Shown here piece after piece: positions 25,335 to 38,524 of a stretch of 64,000 nt of DNA; within the stretch, counting starts at the first letter, position 1, and each line of letters begins with the position of its first letter. The notes below the pieces were generated by a model. The model searched no databases and was not told the DNA's origin. It was given only the letters and a program-made list of their open reading frames with translations. Location: the NCBI RefSeq assembly GCF_009834535.1, contig NC_045697.1, positions 90,150,001 to 90,214,000 of the forward strand, written 5' to 3'. The position numbers were made by a program, and so were the translations under genes. The stretch comes from Camelus ferus. Lineage: Eukaryota.

Positions 25335-25505
25335 TGTTAGCCTGGGGTCTGTGAACAGGCTTCACAGCAGAACATAAAACTGTATGATAAATTGTGTGAG
25401 GATATGGATTTTATGTATTTTCCAATGGAGAGAGTATGTAGATTTCATTTGATTTGCAAAGGGGCTCGTAAATTTAAAAAAAAAAAAAAAAAGTAAGAAC
25501 AACTA
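25335..25505. mobile_element. MER103C-like hAT-Charlie remnant
   Basis: cctggggtctgtgaacaggcttca...ggagagag...ttcatttgatttgcaaagggg...gtaagaacaact. Confidence 0.65.
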
Positions 25506-26059
25506 TTTTGGGTCCTGAACAAATGAACCCATGTTCTAGTTTTTGGTTTTAACGGTCTCTCTTTAATAAGCCTAACAACGCCACCTGAGTTACATAAGAC
25601 ATTTGAACATTATCACTTTATCAGTCATTAATGACCAATGACTTTCTCTTTAACTTATAAATTATCCGCAATAGAGTTCAATTCATAATACCCAATCTCT
25701 GTACTTGGTCAATGTTGGTTGTGACTATCTGAACCCACTGCAGAGATCTCAGGAGAATATGATTGGGGTGGGTCATTCCACACTCTTCAGAATTCTCATT
25801 GATTTACCATCTAAAATACTGAACCAAAATATTTTTCTAAAAAAGGTATGTTCTTTCCTCTCTTACTGTCTTATCTTCCTTTCAGATACAGAATAAGCTC
25901 AAAAAACTCAAAAAAGCACCCCATTTGATATTTCTGGTAGAACTGATGAGCATAAGATAAAAAATCTAGTTTTATTACTACTTATAAATAGTTCATCTTA
26001 ACAGAGCAACTTTCTTCCAAATTGTTCCACATGCTCTGTCTTTTACTATTTCTTTTATT

Positions 26060-26300
26060 GTCAACATATAACATAATGTTTAAGATATCAGGGTTTAGCG
26101 TTACCAGTTTTGAATCCCAAATTTCCCACTTTCCACCTTGGAAAATTTTCTTAACCTCTCTGAGCCTTAGTTTTTTCAACTTAAAACTAAGTCTAACAAT
26201 ATACTACCTACATTACAGGTTCTTGGGGAGATTAAGTAAGAAAATGGCTATAGAATACAAGGCCTGGTACACAGAAATGTTTAGTGTTAGCTAAGCATTG
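26060..26300 (+). mobile_element. MIR SINE
   Basis: tttgaatccc...cttaacctctctgagccttagtttt...ggcctggtacacag. Confidence 0.85.
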
Positions 26301-27294
26301 TTTTTTAAGATAAATATTTCATGTGTGTCATAACTAAAGAAATAATTCATCTGCAGTAGGACAGATCACATCAAGAAAGTCAGGCCCAGGAGACCAAACA
26401 GACCAAAAGGAATAGGCCGGCATAACCGTGCAGTTCAAATGAATAAGCAACAGGTGGTAGTCCTTGCAGTGGAGTGGGCTGGACAGCAGTCAACAGAGCT
26501 CCAGGACAGAAAAGGTGCAGAGTTCCACTTCAGAGAGGGGCAGCTTCAGGCAGTGGACCTAGCTTCATTAACCAGAAATCAGATTTGGCATCCATTCTGA
26601 CCACTTTTGAGGAAATTTATGGAATCTCAAATAACTAATGTATTAGATGACTTTGTTTAGGAGAACAAAGCACAGCATTTGATTGTGTCTACCTAGAAGA
26701 ATGACTTGATATGCCAGTTGACTAGTTAGTGGACTCATAAGAATCTCCTTGGCAAGGGCCAAAATTGGCACAGAAATTAGAGATGAGGTTGGACCTGCAG
26801 GTAGGTGGTAAGTATCCCAGATGCCAGAGGTAGAAGCCAAGTAGATTATTATTTCATAAACATTTACAGTTGGATTCTCTTTGCCAAAAAGTAACAATAA
26901 CAAAATATCTATACCATTGCCTTGGGGATTTCTACTAGTCTCCCATATCAAAATAGTAACACTGTCCTACCTGATCTCCATTGTAGAGCATACATCTTAG
27001 ACCTGATTCTTGCTCTCTGTCTGCCCCTCCGGGCCTTAAGTTTTTGGACAGTTTCTTGCTAACTAGATCAACTGATTTGGAAGTTGAATCATGCTTCATC
27101 TTTGCACCGATCCCTCAGAGACTGCCCTCTTACTTTTTGGCCCTGACTCTCAAGACCTTAACTTGGCTAGAGGCCCAGATACTAACTCATCTGGGAGGAG
27201 AGGGAAAAAGGCATTCAGGAAAGGTCACTGAATTTGCAGGCAGAAAAATCAGACTTGAGTCCAAGCTGTGCCCTGAAAGAGCAGTACAGTTTTG

Positions 27295-27510
27295 GCTAAT
27301 AACAGCTAACACTGATTGAGCTCTTTATAACTAAATAACATTTAATCCTCACAAAACCTTGAAGTAAATTACATTATTATCTTCACTCTACAATTAAGGA
27401 AACCGAGGCACAGAGAGGTTAAATATGCTGCTCAAGGTAAGAAGGCTAGAACATGAGCAGGATTATTAATCTCGGACAGTTCAGACTCCTAACCAATATG
27501 CTACATTGCT
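27295..27510 (-). mobile_element. MIR SINE
   Basis: atttaatcctcacaa...aggaaaccgaggcacagagaggttaaat. Confidence 0.85.
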
Positions 27511-28984
27511 TCACCGTCACCCAACTTCCTTCAGAGACAGAAACACTTACAGAGCCAACCTCCATGATATGAGGGATTATGAGCCTAAAAATACCATAGA
27601 GTATTAAAAGTGAAAAAGTGATATGGATTCTGTGTTATACAAATATAAATCATTTCTCATTATTATTGTGCTCTATCAGTTTTCACTTTTTTAGGATTTT
27701 TTTGGGGGTAGGGTGGGCCAGGGAGGGGGAAGGGGCTGCTATCCAGAAATCATAGTTCTTTAGCCTTCTTTTTTTTCTTCTTTAAAGAAAGAGCCTTTGC
27801 AATTAAAATTTACCTATTTTCCTCCCAAGTCATTTGTTTTGGCATATTAAAGTATGACTATGTCTGATTCTCCCTATGCCTTTTGCTAACAAAATATTCC
27901 TTCCTGACTCATAACTTTATAGTCGTTTGAAATAGTAATTTGTTATAACAGAACATACATACAACATCTCTGCTTTCTTCTCTTCTGTTAATTTGTCCGG
28001 GTTCCTAAAGCTTATTTTTTATGTCTTAAGCCTTATGTTAATCATTATTCTTATTGTTTGAGCTGTCAAACTCCTTTGACGTTGCGCTGGCTATACAACT
28101 CCTGCTTTCTAGCTATAGGTCTTCGGACTGCAATCTTCACTGCTTCATCTTTCTCATTCCGTTCTTCCCACTGAGTGATTTTGTTTGTTTGTTTTTGAAA
28201 CTCATTTCACATCATTCCCTTCCCACCAGTTTTTAGAAGCAGACCAGTAGAATTGAAAATTGCTACTCTAGAGAGACTCCCTAAAGGTGCTATTCCTGTC
28301 AAGATGACTTTTATACAATTTGTAGGTTCTCAAAATCGCAGATTAGGGCTGCCAAACCAAGGGCCTACTCCTGGGAAAAGAAATATCAGACAATGCAGGC
28401 CCAAATGGTTTACAAGAGTCAGGGTTCTAAGGGAAATGGGATGTTCAGGGGCACAAACTTGGCTAATAGTCTTATAAATTATAACCACTGTTAGCAGAAG
28501 CCAAAAAGATGCCCCCAAATAGAACCACCTACTCTGCTCACACATAACCAAACTAAAAGAACAAAGAACTGGCACTCAGTCAATCTTCTTAACCTTCCCC
28601 TCAAAGAAGAGTGCACCAAATATTCTCACTGCCCTAACCTCAACTTAATGTTTATAATATTTTTATGTTCTTCCCTTTCTGACATATTTATGACCTATTG
28701 TTGGCAGACACTATAGTTGTATCTGGTCTTTTTTATGAATTTTAAGCATTCACTCCTTTTCTCCCTTTATTATCAGATGGAAAATATCTAAGCAACTACA
28801 TTCAACCTGTATTATGACCATTTTTTCTGCTTTATACTTCCTTTCACTTAAATTTTTCTTTTTCTGATACAGAACTTCAGAGAAATCACACAATGACAGG
28901 ATAGCATCAGCTCTGTCATTCTGATTTTTCCTCTCCCCTCCCCATGAGCACGAGAACACTATTACAGTGATGTGTTAGGGTCTT

Positions 28985-30430
28985 TTTAAAAATTAAATAA
29001 ACTTTCTATTAAAATATAATTAACATAGAACTATAAGGGTGCAAAAATCATAAGTATAAACGTAAATGAATTATGAGAATGTTATTTCTCCCAAGTCACT
29101 CCCACCAGGTCAAGGAAAAGAATTTCCCAGAACTCTGGAAGCCCTCCTCTACCCAATTACATTTGCCCTTCTCAAGGAACCCTGTCCTAGCTTCTAACAT
29201 CATAAATTAGTAGTGCCTACTTTTTAACTGCATGTGGATTCTTTTATATATTGAGAGCTGCTTCTTTCATTTGCATTGTTCTTTGTATTTATCTATCTTG
29301 ATACCTGCAGCAGTAGTTATTCATTTTTAATGTGGTATCCCAATCCATTGCATGAATATACTGTCATTTATTTATCCATTTGGGACATTGGGGTTGTTTC
29401 CCAGTTTTTGCTATTATGAATGATATTGCTATGGAAAATCTTAAATTGTCTTTTGGTATACATGTATCCATAATTCCACAGGATATATACCTAGCAGAAG
29501 AACTGCTAGGAATATGTCTTTAATTTTAATAGATACTTACAGTTTCCCAAAACATTGCACCAACAGCCATGAGAGTTCCAATTACTGTATATCCTCACCA
29601 GCACTAGGTATTATCAGTTTTATGTCTGTTTGTTTGCTATCCTGGTAGGTGTTAGAAGTGTTTCATTATGGTTTTAACTTGCATTTCCCTGTTTACTAAA
29701 GGAGTTGACCATGTTTTCTTATGTTTTTTGACCAACTGGATATCTTCTTTGTGAAGTCCCTGTTCAATATCTTGCCCATTTTTCTGCTCAACTGACAGAT
29801 TTTCTTTATTGATTCATGATAGTTTCTTTATATTCTTCATCAATTATATGTATAACAATGTTTGTCAAATGTATAGTAAATATCTTCTCCCACTCTGAGT
29901 TTGCCTTTTCACTTATTGATATCTTTCAATGAATAAACATTCTTAATTTAGTGTAGCCCAATTTACCATTCTTTTCTTTTATAGTTAGTGCTTTTGTGTC
30001 CTTTAAGAAACGTTGCCTGATCTAAGGACATAAATATATGTCTTACGTTATCTTCTCAAAGCTTTATTGTTTATTTAGCCTGTTACTTTTAGATCAAGAA
30101 TCAACCTGGAATTTTTTTACATGATTTGATGCAGGGGTCATGTTTGCTTTTTGTTCCATATAAGTATTGACCCAAACATCACTTCTTCTTAATGAAGAAC
30201 TATCACTTCCCCACTTACAATGCTAGCTTTGTCACGAATCAAGTATGGTTATGTTTCTGGTCTCTCTATTCTACTCCATTGCTTTACTAATCTATCTTAG
30301 CACCAATATCACAATGTCTCAATTATCTTGTGGAGTAAGACTGAAACATTTTTTTCCTTTTCTTTGATATTTCTTAACGAAGAAATTAGCTCTTTGCATT
30401 TTATATGAATTTTAGAATCTAATGGTCAAT
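28985..30430 (-). mobile_element. Old L1 (L1MB/ME-type) ORF2 3' end and 3' UTR, degraded
   Basis: ggacattggggttgtttcccagt, tggttttaacttgcatttccctg, cttctttgtgaagtccctgttc, atatcttctcccactctg are typical antisense L1M motifs. Confidence 0.85.
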
Positions 30431-31485
30431 ATTTACCCAATTGCGGTTAAACTGATTAAATTGATTTGTAAGGTTTTTATGTTTTTCAACAGGTAATCAG
30501 GCACATAATTTCTTCATGGCATGCCTCAACAAAATCTTTTGTTTCATATACAACCAAATGTCCATCCAGCCCCTTTCTGCTGGTCATAGCTTATAGAGCA
30601 CCCATTTGTACCTTCTGAGATCAGAGAGCACTGATTTGAACATCCCTCCCTGAGGGTTCCTGTGCTCTGCTCTCCCTAGTTGTCTCTAAAACCAGATCTC
30701 TAGAGAAATCAGTATTGGTATTTGATGATTCTACTGTCCTCTGGTTTCTAATCCCCTCCCTTTTCCTTCTTAAAGATATATTTAGTTAAAATTCCTGACT
30801 ACGTTTTGTTCGTTATTTCGCCTTTCTCCTATATGTCAATGAAAACAGCAGCCAAAAAGTTGTTTAGACAAAACGCAGTCTTTCAGAAAATATCAGAGGG
30901 AGAATCATTTCCTCTCTTCAACAACGTGATTGTGCACCTCATTTCTTGAACTAAGATGCCTGCTGTTAAGATCACTTTTATCTTTAGCCTTTGACTGAAA
31001 TTTCAGCGTAAGTCCACCTTCTTTCCAAGAGAAGGGGAAAAAAAGATTGGCTTTGGAGTCAGAATAATTGGGTTCATATCCAGGTTTGACAATCAGTAGC
31101 TGTGCTTAAGGCAAATTGTTTGACGAGAAGACTATATGTAATAATGTATTTCAAACGTCTAAAATAGCGTCTGGTGCTTAGGAATTTCTTGTCAACGCTG
31201 CCTTTTCATTCTTCTATCTCAGTATAATTCTCTTTCTTAAAACACGTTTTACAGAAATTCTCATCTTTGTCCTTGGCGCTATGATTAACTTCCCATCTTC
31301 ACTCTTAATCCTACCATCCCTCTCACTTCTCTTCTATTGGCACTCTATAAAATCTCAATATATAATGATTTTATTATTGCTTCTTCTTCTATAATAGTCT
31401 TAAGTTCTAATTATATCTGCTTTTATCATTTGTTTACAAATTTTCCATTTTTCTTTTACTTTTGTTATTTCTATTCATAATTTCT

Positions 31486-31489
<4 letters not shown>

Positions 31490-31520
<31 letters not shown>
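31490..31520. repeat. Poly-T tract (~31 nt)
   Basis: Directly visible. Confidence 0.95.
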
Positions 31521-31522
<2 letters not shown>

Positions 31523-33261
31523 AGCTGAGTATCTTTGTTGTTTCTTATGTTTGCAGCATTCCATGCATCCAGTGTCCTTAGATCAGTCAGCCCTCTCTGG
31601 GCACTGCAGCCTGGCTTGCCAATCATCTCCATCACTGTCCTTTCTGGACATCCCACACCCACAAGCGACCTCTGCACTTGCTTGTCACCTCTACGATGCT
31701 GCAGCATCTTCATCACCTGCTACCTCACCCACCAAAGCCAAGGATGGACATGTCACTCTATTTGAAGCCAATTTAGTTAGAATGTGTCTCCTCCTCTTTA
31801 GCATAACATCTCATCTGATACAATCCACTCAATGTTGCATTAAACATTCATATCATAAACAGATTTTAGCAAAAACAGCTCTTTTCATTTTTATTCTGCA
31901 TCTGGGAATGTATCTCTGTGAAATAGGTACCAAGACAAACATAAAAGAACCCCATTCCTCCAGTGACTAGGCTGCGGTTGGGTCAGCTCATCTGGCTGAC
32001 TTCTCCCTTTAGGATGGGTTCTTTCCAAAAAGAATCCTAAGTTCCTCTTACAAAGAAGCACCTGGCAGGCAAATTCCACCAGATTCCCAGAGAGGTTCAG
32101 ATATGTCTAAATTAGCTATAATCAAGGATAAACAGGTTCCCTACTGCACTGTCAAGTACACCCCCCCCCCAAAAAAAGCCCTTCTATTATTTATACACAC
32201 TGAGCCTAGGAATGTGGCTTCTGGGTTTTTTCTCCTAAAATACAGTTGGATTCCCCTCCTAATACTACCCTTCTTGTAATATATGGGGAAGGTAGCTCGA
32301 CCTTTAATAATTTTTTCCTTTCACATTTCATTTGGAGTCATATACTTGTACTTACCTGATCTTCTCTATTCAGCAGAATATAAATCTTCCAAACATGATT
32401 GTATCTTTAAGACATTCATATTGTGGTTTGAATAAAGAAAATTCCAACCTTGTAAGATTTTCCTCCCTTACTGACCAGCAAAAACAGCCACAAATCCAGG
32501 TCTTTCATGCACAATATATTTTCCTTTTGGTATTTAGTCATATTCCTTGCACTAAGTTACACCCCCGTGTCTCTTGCCTCAAATCCCCAAGGTCTCTTAA
32601 AGTTCTCTGTGCTATTAAGGCATAGAACTACAGCAGGCTCAGATCAGATAGTACAAAGATCAGTAAGTTCAAAAGATTAAGAATACACATTAGGAAATTG
32701 AAACAGAATGTTTAAGAGACTCACCCAAGGTCATACAGGTGGAAACACCTACACCAGCACCACTTTATTTATTTTATTTTTTGATGTGCAGGAAAAATAT
32801 TATATTTTTTAAAAAAAATTTGTCATTGTCACAGCAGAGTTATTTATTTTTTAATTTCACATGCTAGAGTACATTCCTCTTACTATCATTTTGTTTTTTC
32901 TAAGGGAATGGTTAAATCAAGTACATTCATAAGACAAATCTGCTACATCCAACATAATACAAACCATTACAAACCCAAAGATTAAGGAGGCTTAAGGAAC
33001 TTTGGGGGAAGACACAAATATTTCACCCACTTGGCCCCATCCTATCTGGCTAGGATTCTAAGGCAATGATAATGAAAGTGGGTCTTCTTGTCTTTCTTTT
33101 AGGCTGGACTGGGGATCCAGACTGATGAATGAGATATGTAAATTCCTTCCCATCCCTCCCCATCACTCAGGAGTAGCACTGAAATCCACAATTTCTTATA
33201 ATTCTAATTCTTTCACTACATGAACTGACACAAGGAGTGACAGTTCCACTAAAAACTACTT

Positions 33262-34320
33262 AGAGAAAATATCTACAAATAATGCAATTGACAAAGGCTT
33301 AATTTCAAGAATATATAAACAGCTCATATAACTTAATAACAAAAAAACAAACAACCTAATCCAAAAATGGGCAGAAGACCTAAATAAGCAATTCTCCAGT
33401 GAAGACATACAAATGGCCAATAGGCACATGAAAAAATACTCAATATCACTAATTATCAGAGAAATGCAAATAAAAACAAAATGAGGCTATCACCTCACAC
33501 CATTCAGAAAGGCCATCATTCAAAAGTCTATAAATGATAAATGCTGGAGAGAGTGTAGAGAAAAAGGAACCCTCCTACACTGCTGGTGGAAATATAGTTT
33601 GCTGCAGCCATTATGGAAAACAATATGGAGATTCCTCAAAAAAAAAATTTAAAAAAATGACTTACCATATGATCCAGTAATATCATTCCTGGGTACATAC
33701 CCAGAGGGAACTCTAATTCAAAAAGATACATGAACCCCAATGTTCATAGCAGGATTATATACAATAGCCAAAACATGGAAGCAAACTAAATGTCCATCAA
33801 CAGATGACTGGATAAAGAAGATGTGGTATATTTATACAATGGAATACTATTCAGCCATAAAAAAATTAAAATAATGCCATCTGCAGCAACATGAATGGAC
33901 ATAGAGATCATCATTCTAAGTGAAGTAAGCCAGGAAGAGAAAGAAAAATACCATTTGATATCACTCATATGTAGAATCTAAAAGAAAAAGAAAAAAAGAC
34001 ACTATGAACTCATCTACAAAGCAGAAACAGACTTGCAGACATAGTAAAGGATCTTATGGTTACTGGGGAAAGTGGGTGGGAAGGGATAAATTTGGGAGTT
34101 TGTGATTTGCAAATGTTGGCCACTATATATAAAAATAAATTTTAAAAAAGGTTCTTCTGTATAGCACAAGGAACTATATTCAATATCTTATAATAAACTT
34201 TAATGAAAAAGAATATGAAAACAAATATATGTATGTATATACATGACTGGGACGTTGTGCTGTACACCAGAAATTGACGCACTGTAACTTACTATACTTC
34301 AACAAAAATAAAAAATAAAC
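33262..34320 (+). mobile_element. 5'-truncated camelid-type L1 (ORF2 C-terminus, 3' UTR, A-rich tail); subfamily differs from the 48-kb copy
   Basis: aaaatgggcagaagacctaaat, ctcctacactgctggtgg, tgctgtacaccagaaattgac...tatacttcaa; frameshifts and stops present. Confidence 0.95.
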
Positions 34321-35313
34321 CATAATACTATTTTCCTCCTTTATTCACATGGTCATAGATATATTTATAATAAGACTTGGTTGTTTTAATAACACTTCAT
34401 ATTTGTTAAAACAATTTGTCAAATACATTTATTAAAGAATAACAGTCATTCTTCTCCTTTAACTTGTAGTCAGTAACTTGATCAAAACATAGTCATGGTG
34501 TTACCTTGATGGTTAGTGAATGAAGTAAAAGGCATGGACCCCAAATTCACATGCTAATAGCCCATTTCATTCGAACCAATTATCTCGATTCTTCCATTTA
34601 TTCAGGCTTATTTACGGCAAACCAACCTATGCTGTCAAGGATTACATAAAAATTCTTGCTGATGAAACAAATTTGTTCACCAATTTCAAACAATGGACTT
34701 TGTTGCGTTTCTGAATGAAGAATCAGTGCCTGGCATTTTTTACTTGATATACTTATTAAGTCACTGTTATATATGTTGACAAACACCAATTACCTCACTC
34801 CTAGTTCCAAGAATACAAAAAATAATACCATTTGAAAGGAAGACATAAAATAAAGATAGGATCATTCTTCTCTAACACTGAAGAAAAATCACAAGAGTGA
34901 AAAAAATCACTAGTGTAAAAAGTGTGCCATGCTTTCCAAAACTAAATGATAAATTATTTCAAAGCCATACCTCAGATGGAGACTGAATATATTAACCTTT
35001 TTAGCTAATTGTAACAGAATAGGAAAGTAAATATCTTTATCCATTTAGGACCACCAAGTCCTTATTGCACAATGTATAGTTATAATTCTTGCCATTGAAT
35101 CTTGAGTGTCCAGAAGAAGATATGGATTCATTTTAAAGGTCCTTTCTAGTAATTTGAAGATTAAACTGCTTCACTTGATGCAAGTGAACACAGTTCTCCA
35201 ATTATCTTTTATGAGTTCAGTTTCTTTGGAAAATTGCTTAAAAGATGTAATACACACACAGCTAGGCTCAATTAATAATGCAGGCATAATTCTAGTTCAG
35301 AAAATGCAGTTTT

Positions 35314-37252
35314 GGGCAGGTATGATCAAGATGGTAAAATAGGAAGACCCTGAGCTCACCTCTTTCCACTTACACACAAAAATTATAACTATTTACAGAG
35401 CAACTATCTATGAGAACAGCCTAAAGACTACCAGAAAATAAATATGGAATTTTTAAAACTCCCAATAAAAACTGAGGAACAGATGGCTTCACAGCTGAAT
35501 TCCAGAAAACATTTAAAAAAGAGTTAACACCTATCTTTCTCAAACTATTCCAAAAATATTGGAGAGGAAAAACTGATTTCAAACTCATTCTATGAGGCCA
35601 GTATTACCCTGATACCAAAACCAAAGACACTAAGAAGAAAATTATAAGCCAGTATCAATGATGGACACAGATGTAAAAATACCCAACAAAGTATTAGCAA
35701 ACTGAATTCAACAATACGTTAAAAGGATCATACACCATGAAGTGGAACTTATCTGAGGTATGTAAGGATGTTTCAATACCTACAAATCAATCAATGTGAT
35801 ACACCACATTAATAAACTGAATAAAAATAGTCTGTTAATCTCAAAGACACAACAAAGCTTTTGACAAAATTCAACATTCATTTACGATAAAACACTCTTA
35901 ATAAAGTGGGTATAAAGAAAACATACTTCAACATAATATAAGGCCATAAATGGCAAATGTATAGCCAACATCACATTCAATGATGAAAAGCTGAAAGTTT
36001 TCCCTCTAAGATCAGAAACAAGATAAGAATGCCCACTCTCGACCACTTTCATTCAACATAGTATTGGAAGTCCTAGCCACAGCAATCAGACAATAAATAA
36101 ATTAATTAATTAAATCCAAATTGTAAAGGAAGAAGTAAAACTATCACTGTTTGCATGTCACATGATACTATACATAGAAAATCCTAAAGATACCACCAAA
36201 AACTGTTAGAGTTCATCAACAAATTAAGTAAAGTTTCATGATACAAAATTAATATACAGAAATCTATTGCAAATCTATACACTAACAATGAGCTATCAGA
36301 AAGAGGAATTAAGGAAACAATCCCATTTACAATCACATCAAAAAGAATAAAATACCTAGGAATAAAACTGCTTAAGGAGATAAAAAATCTGTACTCCACA
36401 AACAATAAGACACTGATGAAGAAAACTGAAGGCAATACAAGCAGACAGAAAGATAAACTGTGTTCACAGATTGCAAAAATATTGTTAATATGACAAAACT
36501 AGACAAGGCAATCTACAGATTCAATGCAATATCTAAGCATGAGGAAACATGAGACAAATCCAAACTGAGAGATAGTCTACGAAATAATTGGCTTGTACAT
36601 CTCTAAAATGTCTAGGTCAAGACACAAAGGTCAAAGAACTGCTCCATATGGAAGAGACATGGCAATGAAATGAAACTTTTGATCCTGAACTGGTTCCTCC
36701 ACAGGAAGTTTTGTTTTTACCATTGTATGTGTTCTCCTACTCTCCTCCCCTTTACCCCTTTCCTTCCCCCTGCCCTCTCCTTCTTTCCTGTGGCCCTCTT
36801 TGTTCTCCTCCCCCACTCCCTCTCCCTCCTCCTCTCGCTCCTCTTCTCTTGACTATTGCCATAAATGACATTATTGGGACAATCACTGAAATTTGAATGG
36901 GGCTTGTGGATTATATAATATTCCTGTACCAATGTTAATTTTCTGATTTTGATATATACTCTATATTATAGAAGAGCAGGAAATAGACACTGAGGTATTT
37001 AGGAAAAACAGAACATCACAAATGCAACAGATTCTTAAATGGAAAGAAAAGATAAATAATAGAAATAGATGATCAAGAGATTAACAGTACATATATACAT
37101 ACATATGTACATAGATGGGAACATGGAAGAGGTAAACATGCTAAAATGTTAACAACTGGAGAATTAGGATGAAGGCTAAACAAGAGCTCTTTGTACTGTC
37201 CTTGCAACTTTTCTGAGAATTTTTAAGTATTTCAAAATAAAAGGTTTAAAAA
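35314..37252 (+). mobile_element. Composite L1: 5' UTR start, ORF2 RT segment, L1MC-like 3' UTR
   Basis: gatcaagatgg...cctgagctcacctc (35324-35438); ORF2 gatggcttcacagctgaattc...tacagattcaatgcaat (~35450-36532); 3' UTR gaggaaaca...ctctttgtactgtccttgcaactttt (36533-37252). Confidence 0.85.
36735..36850. repeat. C/T-rich low-complexity tract
   Basis: ~115 nt almost entirely pyrimidines on the plus strand. Confidence 0.9.
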
Positions 37253-38463
37253 CAAAAGCAGTATTGTATCTCTTCCTTACCTCTCTGTTTTTTCGGGGCT
37301 GGGGGCATCTTGAATTCCATAAAGATTATATAAATAACCAGTTAGGAAAACTCATTCCTCCATTTTTCACTTACATTCTCCTATAGTGTTACAAATTTTT
37401 AAAAAAGACAAACGCTACAATATTAGAGAAAAAACATTTCTATAAAATCCATGAGGATTTGACAATAATGTTTTCTCATTTATGTGACCATTACAGGCTC
37501 CTTCCTTTAACTTGGTCACAGTTCAGAGTTGTAAATAAATCTGACTTTGTCACTTTCTCATAAAATCTATTTAGTATTAAGGTTTCCCTTAAATAAAACA
37601 CACCCCTGAAGAGAGTCTTTTGACCTGACACCACACAGCACTGGAATAAAAAATACTTTTCTGGTGAAATATCTGAAAACCCGCAGTCATTTAGTGATAC
37701 TTATGTGAATGCTTGAAATAAAAGTATGAGCCTAGTTTGTATGAGGTTTGTGGGTATCTAATTACCAGTATTAAATTATGTGCTCAACATTGACTTACTG
37801 TCATATTTATTATTGCTATTAAAACTGCTGACTGCAACATGTGACAGACATGTTCTTCTTACGATGATATGTGGCTCTTATCTAAAATAAAGCACTCTAT
37901 TTTCTCTTTGCATGACCCTTGTGAATGAGGTCTAATCAACTTCATAGACTTTTTAGTGGTGGAAGCATGTTAGAAAGAAAATCCTGGAAGTGATTACTTC
38001 TAAAATTAACATAGGAACACAAGGATTGAAATGTTGTTATTCAAAATCCACAGAAGTTGATTAAAGAGGGGGGGAAAAAAGCTCTAGCTATAAAATCCAG
38101 AGTGTTGCTTTATTCTAAATAATTAGATATACCCACAACCCAACACAGTAACTCCAACCAAAAATAGAAGAAATTGAGCAACTTGTTAATTTTGAGGGGT
38201 TTTTTGTTTTGTTTTCCTGTTGCTGTTGTTTAGTTTACGTAATCCATTCAAGTGTGAAATATATCACAAAATAGGCAATAAATACAAAGTGTCTATAAAA
38301 CTAATGGTTTCATATGTTCACAAGGCCAGAAAGAAATGAATTGTGCTTGCTGGTTGTCCTCTTTTAAATTGAGGCACAGGTTCCTGGACAAACGCTGGGG
38401 AGATTCTTAGGGATGAGTAAAGAGGTGCAGGTCGTACTGCGCCTTTCCTAATACCAGTCAGAC

Positions 38464-38524
38464 CTGCAACAGGCCTTCTCCACCACAATACCACGTTGCC
38501 ACTGCTAAGAAGGCCTCGATATGC
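38464..38524 (-). other. Candidate exon (33 nt to 38492 or 61 nt to 38464)
   Basis: Acceptor tctttttccttaatag|GCAT; donors GTG|gtattg or CAG|gtctga; unique CpG-retaining context. Confidence 0.35.

Noticed and set aside
25800..25830. Possible 3-nt microexon ag|ATG|gtaaat on the minus strand
   Set aside because: Poor pyrimidine tract with a nearby upstream AG; easily arises by chance.
31471..31970. Poly-T plus GC-richer segment as a processed pseudogene or 139-aa ORF
   Set aside because: No AATAAA before the A-tract on the minus strand, no TSD found and no recognisable protein in any frame; the poly-K comes from the homopolymer.
36631..36932. Overlapping low-complexity ORFs
   Set aside because: Products of the C/T-rich tract inside an L1 3' UTR.
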